A stretch of DNA of 56,813 nt from the NCBI GenBank assembly GCA_013820755.1, contig JACDHZ010000001.1:1-56813 (forward strand), read 5' to 3'. Origin of the DNA: Chthoniobacterales bacterium (lineage in GTDB: Bacteria; Verrucomicrobiota; Verrucomicrobiia; Chthoniobacterales; UBA10450). Positions within the stretch are counted from its first letter, which is position 1. Every line of letters starts with the position of its first letter. Below are positions 9,814-19,012 of this stretch, piece by piece. The position numbers and the translations under genes are program-made. The notes beneath the pieces were generated by a model. That model was given only the letters and a program-made list of their open reading frames with translations, was not told the DNA's origin and searched no databases.

Positions 9814-10667
9814 ATGATCGTTTTATCGCATCCGTTCGGAAACGCGAACGTCCGCGCAGTTCTGAACGCGCTGCACGACTCCGGGTTCCTGGCGAAGTAT
9901 GTGACGGCGCTTGGTTGGCCGCAGGACGCCGACTGGTTAAGGCTGATGCCGGGGAGCTTGCGTGAGAAATTGGGGCGACGCGGGTATGCGCTCTCCGCTG
10001 GGAAGCTGCAGCTCCGCCCGATGCGGGAAATAGCGAGACTGTTGGCCGCCGATTTGCCGTTTGCGACGCAATTGCCAAGCACGAGCGAGACCGGGCGAGC
10101 GTAGATGCGGTATGGCAGGGCGTCGACAGAACTACGGCGCGTTATCTGGAACGCCATGCAACAGCGGATCACAGCGGAGCGGTTTACGGTTATGAGGATT
10201 GCGCGCTGGAGTCGTTCCGGGCGGCGCGGGAACTCGGCGCGCGTAGAATTACGACCTGCCGATCGCGTAATTCGATACCGCGCAAAAACTTCTTCGTAAA
10301 GAGGCGCAGCGTTACCTGATTGGGAATCAGCGCTCGTCGGGACGCGTGATTCGGCCGGCAAGCTCAGGCAAAAGCGGAAGAGCTGGATTTAGCCGAGTTG
10401 GTGATTTGTCCAAGCGCGTTCGTGCTCGACTCGTCGCCAGAGCGAGCGCGCGCGACGAAGCGGTGTGTCGTGGCGCCGTTCGGATCGCCCAGCGTTGCTG
10501 CGACATCTCGTGCAAAGCGTCAGGGACGGCTCCGAGTTCTTTTTGCGGGTTCAATGACACACCGCAAGGGACTCGCGGATCTATTCACAGCGATGCAGCA
10601 GCTCAGCTCGAGCGCGCGCTGTACGCGAGCCCGAACAATTAACCGTCGGTTACGAGCTTTACGATGA
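9814..10667 (+). pseudogene. Decayed glycosyltransferase (N-terminal half only, multiple frameshifts and an in-frame stop)
   Basis: GT-like sequence (MIVLSHPFGNANVRAVLNAL..., ...SVDAVWQGVDR...YGYEDCALESFRAAREL..., NYDLPIA*FDTAQKLLRKEAQRY, PDWESALVGTRDS..., EELDLAELVICPSAFV...RVLFAGSMTHRKGLADLF) can be read only by hopping frames 1>0>2>1>0. TAG at 10102 and in-frame TAA at 10268. The catalytic C-terminal half is absent. Confidence 0.7.
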
Positions 10668-10700
10668 GCAGGTCCGCGCCGGCAGATCGACGATGCTTTA

Positions 10701-10838
10701 ATGAAAGCCCGACACTTCACGCACGAGCAAAGTGCGCCGGCATACTTCCATTTTCTGGCGGCGGAAGCATGGGCGGCTAAGCAGAATTGGGAGCGGGCGT
10801 GGAGTGCGTGGCAGGCGTTTGAAGCAGCGAAAAAGTAA
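10701..10838 (+). CDS. Possible 45-aa ORF (TPR-like helix pair?) or gene remnant
   Basis: ATG 10701 to TAA 10836-10838: MKARHFTHEQSAPAYFHFLAAEAWAAKQNWERAWSAWQAFEAAKK. Third-position G/C about 67% by hand count. No motif recognised. Confidence 0.2.
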   Translation: MKARHFTHEQSAPAYFHFLAAEAWAAKQNWERAWSAWQAFEAAKK

Positions 10839-13649
10839 CTACTTCGCCCGTTCGGCCAGAGCAGCCTGGGCCGCAGCTAATCTCGCGATTGGCACGCGGA
10901 AGGGGCTGCAACTCACGTAGTCCAGGCCCAGCCGGTGGCAGAACTTCACGCTCTCTGGATCTCCGCCATGCTCGCCGCAGATGCCAAGCTTGATTTTGGG
11001 CCGGCTGCTTCGCCCTTTTTCAACAGCAATTTGCATCAGCTGGCCGACGCCGGTCTGATCAAGCGTGGCGAACGGGTTCTTCTTAAAGATGTCGTTCTCG
11101 ACGTATGGCATCAGGAAGCTGCCCATGTCATCGCGGCTGATGCCGAGCGCCATCTGCGTGAGGTCGTTGGTGCCGAAGCTGAAAAACTCAGCCGTCTGAG
11201 CGATCTCATCGGCGGTCAAGGCGCCGCGCGGTACTTCGATCATCGTGCCGACGAGATACTCGAACTTCACGTTCTTTTCTGCCATCACCTCCGTTGCAAC
11301 GCGGTGCACGATCTCGGCCTGGAGATCGATTTCTTTTTTGAAGCCGGCGAGCGGGATCATGATTTCGGGGTTCACTTTGATCTTGCGTTTCGTCACCTCG
11401 GCTGCGGCTTCGAACACGGCGCGCGCCTGCATTTCGGTTATTTCGGGATACGCAATCCCGAGCCGGCAGCCGCGGTGCCCCAGCATGGGGTTAAACTCAT
11501 GCAGCTGTGCGACGCGCTGCTGGATGAATTCCACCTTTAAGCCGAGCTTGTTCGCGAGATCAAGCTGCTGCTCCTTCGTGTGCGGAAGGAATTCGTGCAA
11601 CGGAGGATCGAGGAAGCGGATCGTCGCCGGGTAGCCTTTCAGCGCTTTGAAGATGCCTGCGAAATCAGCGCGCTGATACGGCAGTAGCTTTGCGAGCGCT
11701 TTCTTCCGATCGTTCACGTTGTTAGCCAGGATCATCTCGCGCATCGAGTCGATACGATCGCCTTCGAAGAACATGTGCTCCGTACGCGTGAGACCGATGC
11801 CAACCGCGCCGAAGGCGAGCGCATTTTCCGTCTGCTCGGGGTTGTCAGCATTGCAGCGAACGTCGAGTCGCGCCGCTTGCGAGCACCACGTCATCAGCTG
11901 GTTGAATGACTTGAACTTCTCTGTCTTTTGCGCGGCTCTGTCGCCCTGCAGCATCCCCGTAATAATCTCACTCGGAGCGGTGGCGAGCTGTCCCGCGTAC
12001 ACGGTTCCGGCGGTGCCGTCGATTGAGAGGAAATTGCCTTCCTGGAACGTCTGACGGTCAACCGAAACCGTCTTCTTGTTGTAGTCGATCTGGAGCGCAG
12101 AAGCGCCGCAAATGCAGACTTTCCCCATTTGGCGGGCGACAAGAGCCGCGTGTGACGAAACCCCGCCCTTCGCAGTCAAAATGCCTTCGGCGGCGATCAT
12201 ACCACGAAGGTCTTCGGGACTCGTTTCGTTGCGGACCAGGAGCACCTTCTCGCCTTTTTCGGCAGCTGCGGCTGCGCGATCTGCGTTGAGGTAAATCTTA
12301 CCGGATGCGGCGCCCGGACCGGCAGGTAAGCCACTGGCGATAGCGTTCGCCTTCTTGACCTCAGAGAGATCGAAGATCGGGGCTAGCAGCTGGTCGAGCT
12401 GATCTGCCGGATTGCGCATGACAGCTGTCTTCCAGTCGATGAGCTTCTCGTTGACCATGTCCATCGAGAACTTCAGGGCGGCGGCCGCAGTGCGTTTGCC
12501 ATTGCGCGTCTGGAGCATGAACAGCTTCCGATCCTGGATCGTGAACTCGACGTCCTGCACGTCCTTGAAGTGTTTTTCGAGGCGCGCGCGCACCTTCAGC
12601 AGCTCTGCGTACGCTTGTGGCATCAGTCTCTTAAGCTCGAGCACAGGCTGTGGCGTGCGAACGCCCGCAACAACGTCTTCACCCTGGGCGTTGATCAGGA
12701 ACTCGCCATAAAACTCGTTGACACCGTTCGCGGGGTTGCGGGTGAACGCAACGCCGGATCCCGAGTTTTCGCCGGTGTTTCCGTAAACCATTGCCTGAAC
12801 ATTCACCGCGGTGCCCCACTCCTGCGGGATGTTATATTTACGGCGATAAACAATCGCGCGGTCATTCATCCACGAGCCGAAAACCGCACCCGCCGCTCCG
12901 CGAAGTTGATCCCAGGGATCATTGGGGAATGCCTTGCCGGTGCGGTCTTTCACCAGCTTTTTAAACCGCACCACCACTTCCTGGTAATCTGACGCGTCGA
13001 GCTTCGAATCGTCGAAGTCGTGCTGGCCATACGTCTCGTCTTTGTAGTGCTCGAGCACGGACTCAAACGGGTCGTGATCTTCGCCCTCGCGTTTCTGGAC
13101 GCCCATCACAACGTCGCCGTACATCTGAATGAAACGCCGGTAACAATCCCACGCGAACCGCTCGTTCTTAGTCGCTGCGACGAGCGCCTGCACCGTCGCG
13201 TCGTTTAAACCGAGGTTAAGGATCGTGTCCATCATACCGGGCATCGAATCGCGGGCACCGGATCGGACAGCGACGAGCAACGGCATCTTCGTTGTGTCGC
13301 CGAATTTCGTGTCCATGATGCGTTCCATGTTCGCGATCCCCTTTTCCATCTCCGCCTGCACCGTGGCCGGATATTGCTTTTTATGCGCATAGTAGTAGGT
13401 GCAGACCTCCGTTGTGATCGTGAATCCCGGAGGCACCGGCAGCCCAATACGCGTCATCTCCGCGAGATTTGCGCCTTTACCGCCGAGAAGCGCCTTCATC
13501 GAACCGTCCCCGTCGGCTTTATTATTGCCCCACATGTAGACATACCTCGCTGCTTTGGCTTTGCCCGTTCCGGTCGCCGAACTGCGAATGCCGGCCTTGC
13601 GGTCGCGGGAAGAGAGGGTGCGGTTTGACGGGCGTGTTTTCGTTGCCAT
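10839..13649 (-). CDS. ppdK: Pyruvate, phosphate dikinase
   Basis: [12 protein letters not shown], the phospho-His loop [16 protein letters not shown] and CGEHGGDP. Start set at ATG 13649 (the ORF extends to 13766). A Ser/Arg/Lys-rich N-terminal extension of about 35 aa remains. Confidence 0.95.
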   Translation of the reverse strand: MATKTRPSNRTLSSRDRKAGIRSSATGTGKAKAARYVYMWGNNKADGDGSMKALLGGKGANLAEMTRIGLPVPPGFTITTEVCTYYYAHKKQYPATVQAEMEKGIANMERIMDTKFGDTTKMPLLVAVRSGARDSMPGMMDTILNLGLNDATVQALVAATKNERFAWDCYRRFIQMYGDVVMGVQKREGEDHDPFESVLEHYKDETYGQHDFDDSKLDASDYQEVVVRFKKLVKDRTGKAFPNDPWDQLRGAAGAVFGSWMNDRAIVYRRKYNIPQEWGTAVNVQAMVYGNTGENSGSGVAFTRNPANGVNEFYGEFLINAQGEDVVAGVRTPQPVLELKRLMPQAYAELLKVRARLEKHFKDVQDVEFTIQDRKLFMLQTRNGKRTAAAALKFSMDMVNEKLIDWKTAVMRNPADQLDQLLAPIFDLSEVKKANAIASGLPAGPGAASGKIYLNADRAAAAAEKGEKVLLVRNETSPEDLRGMIAAEGILTAKGGVSSHAALVARQMGKVCICGASALQIDYNKKTVSVDRQTFQEGNFLSIDGTAGTVYAGQLATAPSEIITGMLQGDRAAQKTEKFKSFNQLMTWCSQAARLDVRCNADNPEQTENALAFGAVGIGLTRTEHMFFEGDRIDSMREMILANNVNDRKKALAKLLPYQRADFAGIFKALKGYPATIRFLDPPLHEFLPHTKEQQLDLANKLGLKVEFIQQRVAQLHEFNPMLGHRGCRLGIAYPEITEMQARAVFEAAAEVTKRKIKVNPEIMIPLAGFKKEIDLQAEIVHRVATEVMAEKNVKFEYLVGTMIEVPRGALTADEIAQTAEFFSFGTNDLTQMALGISRDDMGSFLMPYVENDIFKKNPFATLDQTGVGQLMQIAVEKGRSSRPKIKLGICGEHGGDPESVKFCHRLGLDYVSCSPFRVPIARLAAAQAALAERAK

Positions 13650-13766
13650 GAGAGTCGGAATGTCTGCGCGTGCAGAGCGCGGCGAGGTCGAAAAGTGTTC
13701 CGCCCGCCCTACAGTGTCAACGCGCGACCGTCGCCGTGCGGGTCGGGGGAATGGCCTACCCGCCAA

Positions 13767-13988
13767 TCAAGAGCTAGTCTGAACAGATGTCGCTGTGCTC
13801 GCGCTCACGGCTTCGCCGATCGCCGCGGTAAACTCTTCGATCCCGGTGCTCGGAACGATGATCGTATTGCGCCTGCCGTGCGCTTCCTCGGTGATGCGAA
13901 GAAACTTCCCGCGCTCGTTTTCGCGCAGTTCCAGCTGGAAATGTTTCCGCTCAATCTGCAGCTGCTTCGACTGAATGATATTGTCCAT
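13767..13988 (-). CDS. PUR-alpha-like (DUF3276-type) single-stranded nucleic-acid-binding protein
   Basis: SKQLQIERKHFQLELRENERGKFLRITEE matches the PUR repeat pattern (K-x-F-x-h-D/E-h-x-x-N-x-R-G-x-F-L-x-I-x-E). ATG at 13988 preferred over GTG at 14045. Confidence 0.65.
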   Translation of the reverse strand: MDNIIQSKQLQIERKHFQLELRENERGKFLRITEEAHGRRNTIIVPSTGIEEFTAAIGEAVSASTATSVQTSS

Positions 13989-14096
13989 GAATCGACGGGC
14001 AGAAATGTAGCGGATTCGTGCGGTCCGATGGAAGGAAATTCTCACTCAAATTTCCGCGCAAGTTACGTTGCTGCAATGCGTTCCATCGGGTAGAAC

Positions 14097-16307
14097 TCAC
14101 CTCCGTCGGTCTGGACGGCGGCGACGGCCGCGGACCGCTGGCGCGTCTTCAGCGATCGCGAAGTCAACCTGGCGCTTGAAGACATCGACGCGCGCGACGT
14201 AGACGCACAGCTCATCGCCCACCGAGAAGCGGCGGCGCGATTGTCGGCCAATCAGCTTTCGTTGCGGTTGATTAAAAGTGTAGAAGTCGTCAGTCAGCGA
14301 AGAGATGTGGATCAATCCGGTAAGCAGCACATCCGGCAATTCGATCACCAGTCCGAAGTTCTTCACGTCGAGCACTGACGCGTGGAAAACCTTCGGATTT
14401 TTCGCATCTAGCTGACCCTGAAAGAACTCGAGCTTCTTCAATTTTACAGACTCGATCTCCGCTTCTGCGGCGACGCGTTCGGTTGCGGAGATATGCTCCG
14501 CGACCGACGCGAGCTGCCCTACATCGGCGCGGGCTCGCCGCGACTGATCGCGATCTGCCAGGGCGCGATGCACCACAAGGTCCGCATAACGACGAATCGG
14601 GCTGGTGAAATGGGTGTAGTTGTTTTTCGAGAGCCCGTAGTGGCCGAGTGGCTGTGTTGTGTAACGCGCACGCTTCAGACTCTTCAACAGGCCGATTTTC
14701 AGCGCCTGTTCTTCCGGCTTGCCACGCAGAGATGCGAGTAATCGTTGTAGCTGCGGCCGCTGCGTCACATCGCCAATCTTGTAGCCGTAGCTCAGCACCA
14801 GTTCGCGGTATTCGGCCAGCTTCTCGGGCTCGGGAGTTTCGTGAACGCGGTAAACCGCCGGTATCAGGCGATTCTTCAGCTCGCGCGCGACGGCCTCGTT
14901 TGCTGCGAGCATGAACTCTTCAATCAGTTGGTGGGATTCGTCGTTTTCGATGCGCTCGAGCTCAATAGGCTTGCCCTCCGCGTCAAGGCGTACCTTCACT
15001 TCGGGAAAATCGAGATCGAGCGAACCAGCTTCAAACCGCTTTCGTCGCAGGAGCGACGCGAGCTCCCAAGCGACGTGGAGGCGTTCGCTTAGTTGGTCGT
15101 GGGGCGAGGTTCGCAAAATTGCATACGCCTCCTTATACGTAAGCCGCCGCGCGCTCCGAATCACTGTGCGCGCGAATCGAAAGTTCCGCGGGCGCCCATC
15201 TTTGCTGAACTGAATAAAGACGGAATGCGTCAGGCGGTCGACGTCTGGCCGCAAACTACAGACACCGTTGCTGAGACGTTCAGGCAGCATCGGGATGACG
15301 CGATCGGGCAAGTAAACGCTGTTCCCGCGCTTGAGCGCTTCGCGATCCAGCTGGCTACCGGGTTGCACATAGGCGGCGACGTCTGCGATATGCACCCCCA
15401 GGCGCCAGCCGCCGCCGTTCAGCCGTTCCACGTTGATCGCGTCATCAAAATCGCGTGCGTCGTCCGGATCAATCGTGACGATGAACTGATCGCGCAGATC
15501 CTCGCGCCCTTTCCAGGCGGAATGCTCGACCGTCTCTGGAATTTGCTCAGCCTCCCCGATCACGCCGCTCGGGAATTCTGTCGGGAGATGAAATTTCCGA
15601 ATGATCGAAAGCATGTCAATGCCCGGCGCATTGCTCGGTCCAAGCACCTCCACGATGTGACCTTCGGGATTCACGTGGCGCGATTCCCAGACATCCAGAT
15701 GGACGACAACTTTGTCGCCAACTTCCGCGGCGGCGGCAGCGTGACGGCCACTGTTCTGCGCTGCGGGGCTATCGGGATTCACTGTGGGAACGTACACGTT
15801 GTGAACGATCCGTGGATCATCCGGCACGACGTAGCGGAAGTTTCGGGATTGCTGGACCGTCCCCACGATCGTGTCGTGTGCGCGCTGCAAAATGCGAATG
15901 ATGCGGCCCTCCGGTCGCGCATTTCCACCTTCCGACCTTGCGTAGTTTTCATCGCGCGTTATTCGCGCAATCACGCGATCGCCGTGCATCGCGGTACCGG
16001 TATTCTCAGCAGCGATGAAAAGATCCTGCTCACCCGGCTTCTCTCTCGACAGGAATGCGTAACCGGCCTGGTGAACATGCAGCAACCCCGTAACCAGGTC
16101 CGCTTCGGAAGGCAGGACGTAACGGTTCTTACGAACGCGCGCGATTTCACCGGCCTGCTCAAGCTCGCGCAGCGTCTCGTTCAGGTTCATGCGAATGCCG
16201 CTCCGTCGTCCGAGCGCTTTTCCCATTTCCACTTTGTCGAGCGGCCGGTACTTCGGTGCTCGCATCAGCGAGAGGATTTGTTGCTTAAGGTCGGGTTTCA
16301 CGGACAT
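14097..16307 (-). CDS. rnr: Ribonuclease R
   Basis: RNB catalytic motif IDPDDARDFDDAI, N-terminal HTH/cold-shock-like region, C-terminal S1 domain and a basic tail (RGRRRRPDRRR). Confidence 0.95.
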   Translation of the reverse strand: MSVKPDLKQQILSLMRAPKYRPLDKVEMGKALGRRSGIRMNLNETLRELEQAGEIARVRKNRYVLPSEADLVTGLLHVHQAGYAFLSREKPGEQDLFIAAENTGTAMHGDRVIARITRDENYARSEGGNARPEGRIIRILQRAHDTIVGTVQQSRNFRYVVPDDPRIVHNVYVPTVNPDSPAAQNSGRHAAAAAEVGDKVVVHLDVWESRHVNPEGHIVEVLGPSNAPGIDMLSIIRKFHLPTEFPSGVIGEAEQIPETVEHSAWKGREDLRDQFIVTIDPDDARDFDDAINVERLNGGGWRLGVHIADVAAYVQPGSQLDREALKRGNSVYLPDRVIPMLPERLSNGVCSLRPDVDRLTHSVFIQFSKDGRPRNFRFARTVIRSARRLTYKEAYAILRTSPHDQLSERLHVAWELASLLRRKRFEAGSLDLDFPEVKVRLDAEGKPIELERIENDESHQLIEEFMLAANEAVARELKNRLIPAVYRVHETPEPEKLAEYRELVLSYGYKIGDVTQRPQLQRLLASLRGKPEEQALKIGLLKSLKRARYTTQPLGHYGLSKNNYTHFTSPIRRYADLVVHRALADRDQSRRARADVGQLASVAEHISATERVAAEAEIESVKLKKLEFFQGQLDAKNPKVFHASVLDVKNFGLVIELPDVLLTGLIHISSLTDDFYTFNQPQRKLIGRQSRRRFSVGDELCVYVARVDVFKRQVDFAIAEDAPAVRGRRRRPDRRR

Positions 16308-16470
16308 GGTGTGACCAATTTGGCAGGCGTCCTTCGCTCAATTCCGCTTCGGCAAAGGCGAGGCGATGGGTGCTTAATCGCCTAAAGTAAGCTCCATGTC
16401 ATCCGCGCGCAGCGAACGCCCGTTCTCTAGCGTGCGGTTGAATATCCGGGTTCGTGGCGCAGTCTGAAGC

Positions 16471-17325
16471 TTGATGGCTCGGCCGCTGTGGAAGATCACA
16501 GGGAAAACGCTCGATCTCACCGGGCGCGCGCTAATTATGGGCGTGCTCAACGTCACACCGGATTCGTTCTCCGATGGCGGGAGCTTTGCCGATCCGGATA
16601 GAGCCGTGAGTCACGGATTGCGAATGGCCGCGGACGGCGCAGCAATCATCGACGTTGGCGGCGAATCAACGCGACCTGGCGCCGATGCGGTTTCCGAAGC
16701 CGAAGAGCTGCAGCGCGTTATACCAGTCGTCTCTCGATTACGAGAAGGTTGTGACGCATTCATTTCGATCGATACTACAAAGCCAGCAGTGGCATGCGCC
16801 GCACTCGACGCTGGCGCGTCGATCATTAACGACATTACTGGCGGAACCGGCGACGAAGAGATGCTGGGCGTCGCGGCGGAGCGGGGCTGCGGGTTCGTCA
16901 TCATGCACATGCAAGGCACGCCGCGTACGATGCAGAACGCGCCGCATTACGATGACGTTGTGGGCGAGGTGGCTGAATTTTTTCGACAACAATATGCACG
17001 CGCCGTACAATGCGGCATTGAGCCCATGGCGATTGCGTTCGATCCGGGGATCGGGTTTGGAAAAACGGTCCAGCACAATCTCGAATTACTTCGCAATATT
17101 CCGCGGTTGCGGATCGCCGATCGGCCGCTCGTCATCGGCGTGTCCCGGAAGTCGTTTCTTGGCAAAATGATCGGCTCGCCTGAAATGGCCCGCCGTAGCG
17201 CGCCGACGATCGCGCTTACAGCAATGCTGCGCGATCGCGGCGCGAATGTTCTCCGCGTGCACGACGTGAAAGAAAACGTGGATGCACTACGCACCACGGA
17301 AGCGTTTCTCGACCCGGCTCTATGA
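16471..17325 (+). CDS. folP: Dihydropteroate synthase
   Basis: IMGVLNVTPDSFSDGG, DVGGESTRPG and DPGIGFGK motifs; TTG start. Confidence 0.95.
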   Translation: MMARPLWKITGKTLDLTGRALIMGVLNVTPDSFSDGGSFADPDRAVSHGLRMAADGAAIIDVGGESTRPGADAVSEAEELQRVIPVVSRLREGCDAFISIDTTKPAVACAALDAGASIINDITGGTGDEEMLGVAAERGCGFVIMHMQGTPRTMQNAPHYDDVVGEVAEFFRQQYARAVQCGIEPMAIAFDPGIGFGKTVQHNLELLRNIPRLRIADRPLVIGVSRKSFLGKMIGSPEMARRSAPTIALTAMLRDRGANVLRVHDVKENVDALRTTEAFLDPAL

Positions 17326-18200
17326 TCCAGCAGTTCACAGCGTTTTGGTTCGATAAATGGCGCAGCCTTTTCGAGATCATTCTGCTGAGCGTTGGGATCT
17401 ACTACGGCTATCTTTACTTTCGAGGAACGCGGGGGGCGAAGGTGCTGACCGGCCTCGCGATTGTATTCCTGACGCTGACGCTGATTTCGCAGCTGCTGAA
17501 TCTGGTGGTGATCGGTTGGATCATTCGCAGCTTCTCGGTCTTTCTTGCGGTGGCTCTTGTCGTCATTTTCCAACCTGAACTACGCCGTGGCCTGGCGGAA
17601 CTCGGCGGACACCCGATCTTTTCCTTGACGAGCGAGAAACGCGAGACTGTGCACGACATTGCGGAGGCGGTCACGCAACTCGCGAACAAGCAATTCGGGG
17701 CTCTGATCGCGATTGAACGTGATACGTCGATCCGCGTTTACGAAGAGACGGGTGTTTTGTTGGATTCCGAGTTCTCGATCGAGCTGATGCTTACTCTTTT
17801 TCATCCCAAGAGCGCGCTGCACGATGGCGGTGTTGTCGTCCGCAACGGGCGTATCGCTGCCGCTGCGTGCATCTTTCCGGTGAGCCAGCGTGAGACGCTT
17901 GACCGCAGCCTTGGGCTGCGACACCGCGCGGGCCTCGGAATTACCGAAGAATCGGACGCAGTCGCCGTGATTGTCTCGGAAGAGACAGGCGCCATTTCCG
18001 TTTGTTATCGTCGGCGGATTGAACGGAATTTCACGCCGGAGTTGTTCCAGAAACGTTTAGCCGAACTACTGTTGCGGAGCGCTTATGATGAAGAAATGGA
18101 TTCTGACGAATTGGCGCGCGAAGTTGATCTCCCTGCTACTCGCGATAACCCTCTGGTACCTCATCAAAAAGAACGTAGTAACGACACCCTGGCAGTCTGA
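17322..18200 (+). CDS. cdaA: Diadenylate cyclase CdaA (membrane-anchored DAC domain)
   Basis: Three N-terminal hydrophobic helices; DAC motifs ALHDGGVVV, RHRAGLGITEESDA and VSEETGAISV. ATGA overlap with folP. Confidence 0.9.
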   Translation: MIQQFTAFWFDKWRSLFEIILLSVGIYYGYLYFRGTRGAKVLTGLAIVFLTLTLISQLLNLVVIGWIIRSFSVFLAVALVVIFQPELRRGLAELGGHPIFSLTSEKRETVHDIAEAVTQLANKQFGALIAIERDTSIRVYEETGVLLDSEFSIELMLTLFHPKSALHDGGVVVRNGRIAAAACIFPVSQRETLDRSLGLRHRAGLGITEESDAVAVIVSEETGAISVCYRRRIERNFTPELFQKRLAELLLRSAYDEEMDSDELAREVDLPATRDNPLVPHQKERSNDTLAV

Positions 18201-18234
18201 CTACGGCGTGCCTGCCGCAACGGATCGCCGCTGA
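18085..18234 (+). CDS. 49-aa ORF with a CdaR/YbbR-like N-terminal transmembrane anchor only
   Basis: MMKKWILTNWRAKLISLLLAITLWYLIKKNVV... lies directly after and overlapping cdaA. Third-position G/C is about 73% in this frame versus about 38% in the cdaA frame over the overlap (hand count). Confidence 0.4.
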   Translation: MMKKWILTNWRAKLISLLLAITLWYLIKKNVVTTPWQSDYGVPAATDRR

Positions 18235-18245
18235 GGCGTTCACGT

Positions 18246-18701
18246 TTAGCGGAGGAAGCGAGCGAGATTTTCGTCTTCCCAGCGCCGGGCGCGCCGGTAC
18301 TTCGGAAATTCTTTCTCACGACGAAAAAACTCGTCCGTGTGAACGCGGCGGCGTCCGCTTGGTCCAACTTCATCCGGAACGACGGAGTGCAGCATCTCGT
18401 GGTACATGATGTACTCGATGAACCAGAGCGGCACGAACTGCTGGTCGAGGCTTGGGTTGATGCGGATCACACGGTCTTGTTCCTGGATTGTGCCGAAGAC
18501 GAAGTACTCTTTCGGTCGCCGCTTGCGTCTGCGGCCCCACTCGACTGTGTAATTCCGGAGACGGCCGCGGAAGTGGCGGGAATTCAAGCGCTCAAAGATA
18601 GAGCGCAAATCGAAATAGCGGCCTTCCTCGCGCAGGTTTAGCTGGCGCTGCATCGGAAGCTTCGGATGCGCTACTTTGCGTTTGGTTCTGTTTGCCATCA
18701 A
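18246..18701 (-). CDS. SprT-like zinc metallopeptidase-domain protein
   Basis: HExxH motif in YIMYHEMLHSV and the SprT-like N-terminal pattern LNSRHFRGRL...VEW. Confidence 0.7.
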   Translation of the reverse strand: MMANRTKRKVAHPKLPMQRQLNLREEGRYFDLRSIFERLNSRHFRGRLRNYTVEWGRRRKRRPKEYFVFGTIQEQDRVIRINPSLDQQFVPLWFIEYIMYHEMLHSVVPDEVGPSGRRRVHTDEFFRREKEFPKYRRARRWEDENLARFLR

Positions 18702-18935
18702 TGCCCCCGGATCGCCCTCAGCCTGCTAGTTTAAGGCTGTTCCAGAACGTGACAAGCAACGCGCGCAAAATTATTTCAACGTGGATGTAAAGGCTTCCCT
18801 TCCAAGAGATTGTAGCTAGCTATGGAATGTTCGATTCACTGTTGAAGCGCCAATCTGTCTCACTTTCCAGTTGTACTTGCGGCTGCAGAATCAGCACCGA
18901 GCCCGCGCGACCCTTGCCGCCGGAACAGCCACGCA

Positions 18936-18964
18936 TTTACGAACGTCGAGACTGTGTCTATAAT
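18936..18964 (+). promoter_or_regulatory. Candidate sigma70-type promoter upstream of the SEDS gene
   Basis: TTTACG (18936-18941), a 17-nt spacer, then TATAAT (18959-18964), about 50 nt upstream of the ATG at 19013. Confidence 0.3.
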
Positions 18965-19012
18965 CGGCAGCGTGGCCGTAGTTACAGCTGCACCGTCCAT
19001 CGATTCTCACCG

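Noticed and set aside
15093-16385. 430-aa ORF on the plus strand
   Set aside because: It is entirely antisense to rnr, whose minus-strand product has unambiguous RNB/S1 motifs. The ORF product is Arg/Ala/Pro-rich with no motifs. Such long shadow ORFs are expected in GC-rich DNA.
18827-19012. N-terminal extensions of track ORFs (also 42780..42941, 30120..30431, 44995..45393, 13650..13766, 37092..37148)
   Set aside because: The extensions are Arg/Cys-rich, non-homologous to the families, and overlap neighbouring genes. Internal starts reproduce canonical N-termini (MTPYLRKLL, MITFSYQARD, MFSPDEF, VKFKDHF, MATKTR, MSETKTP).
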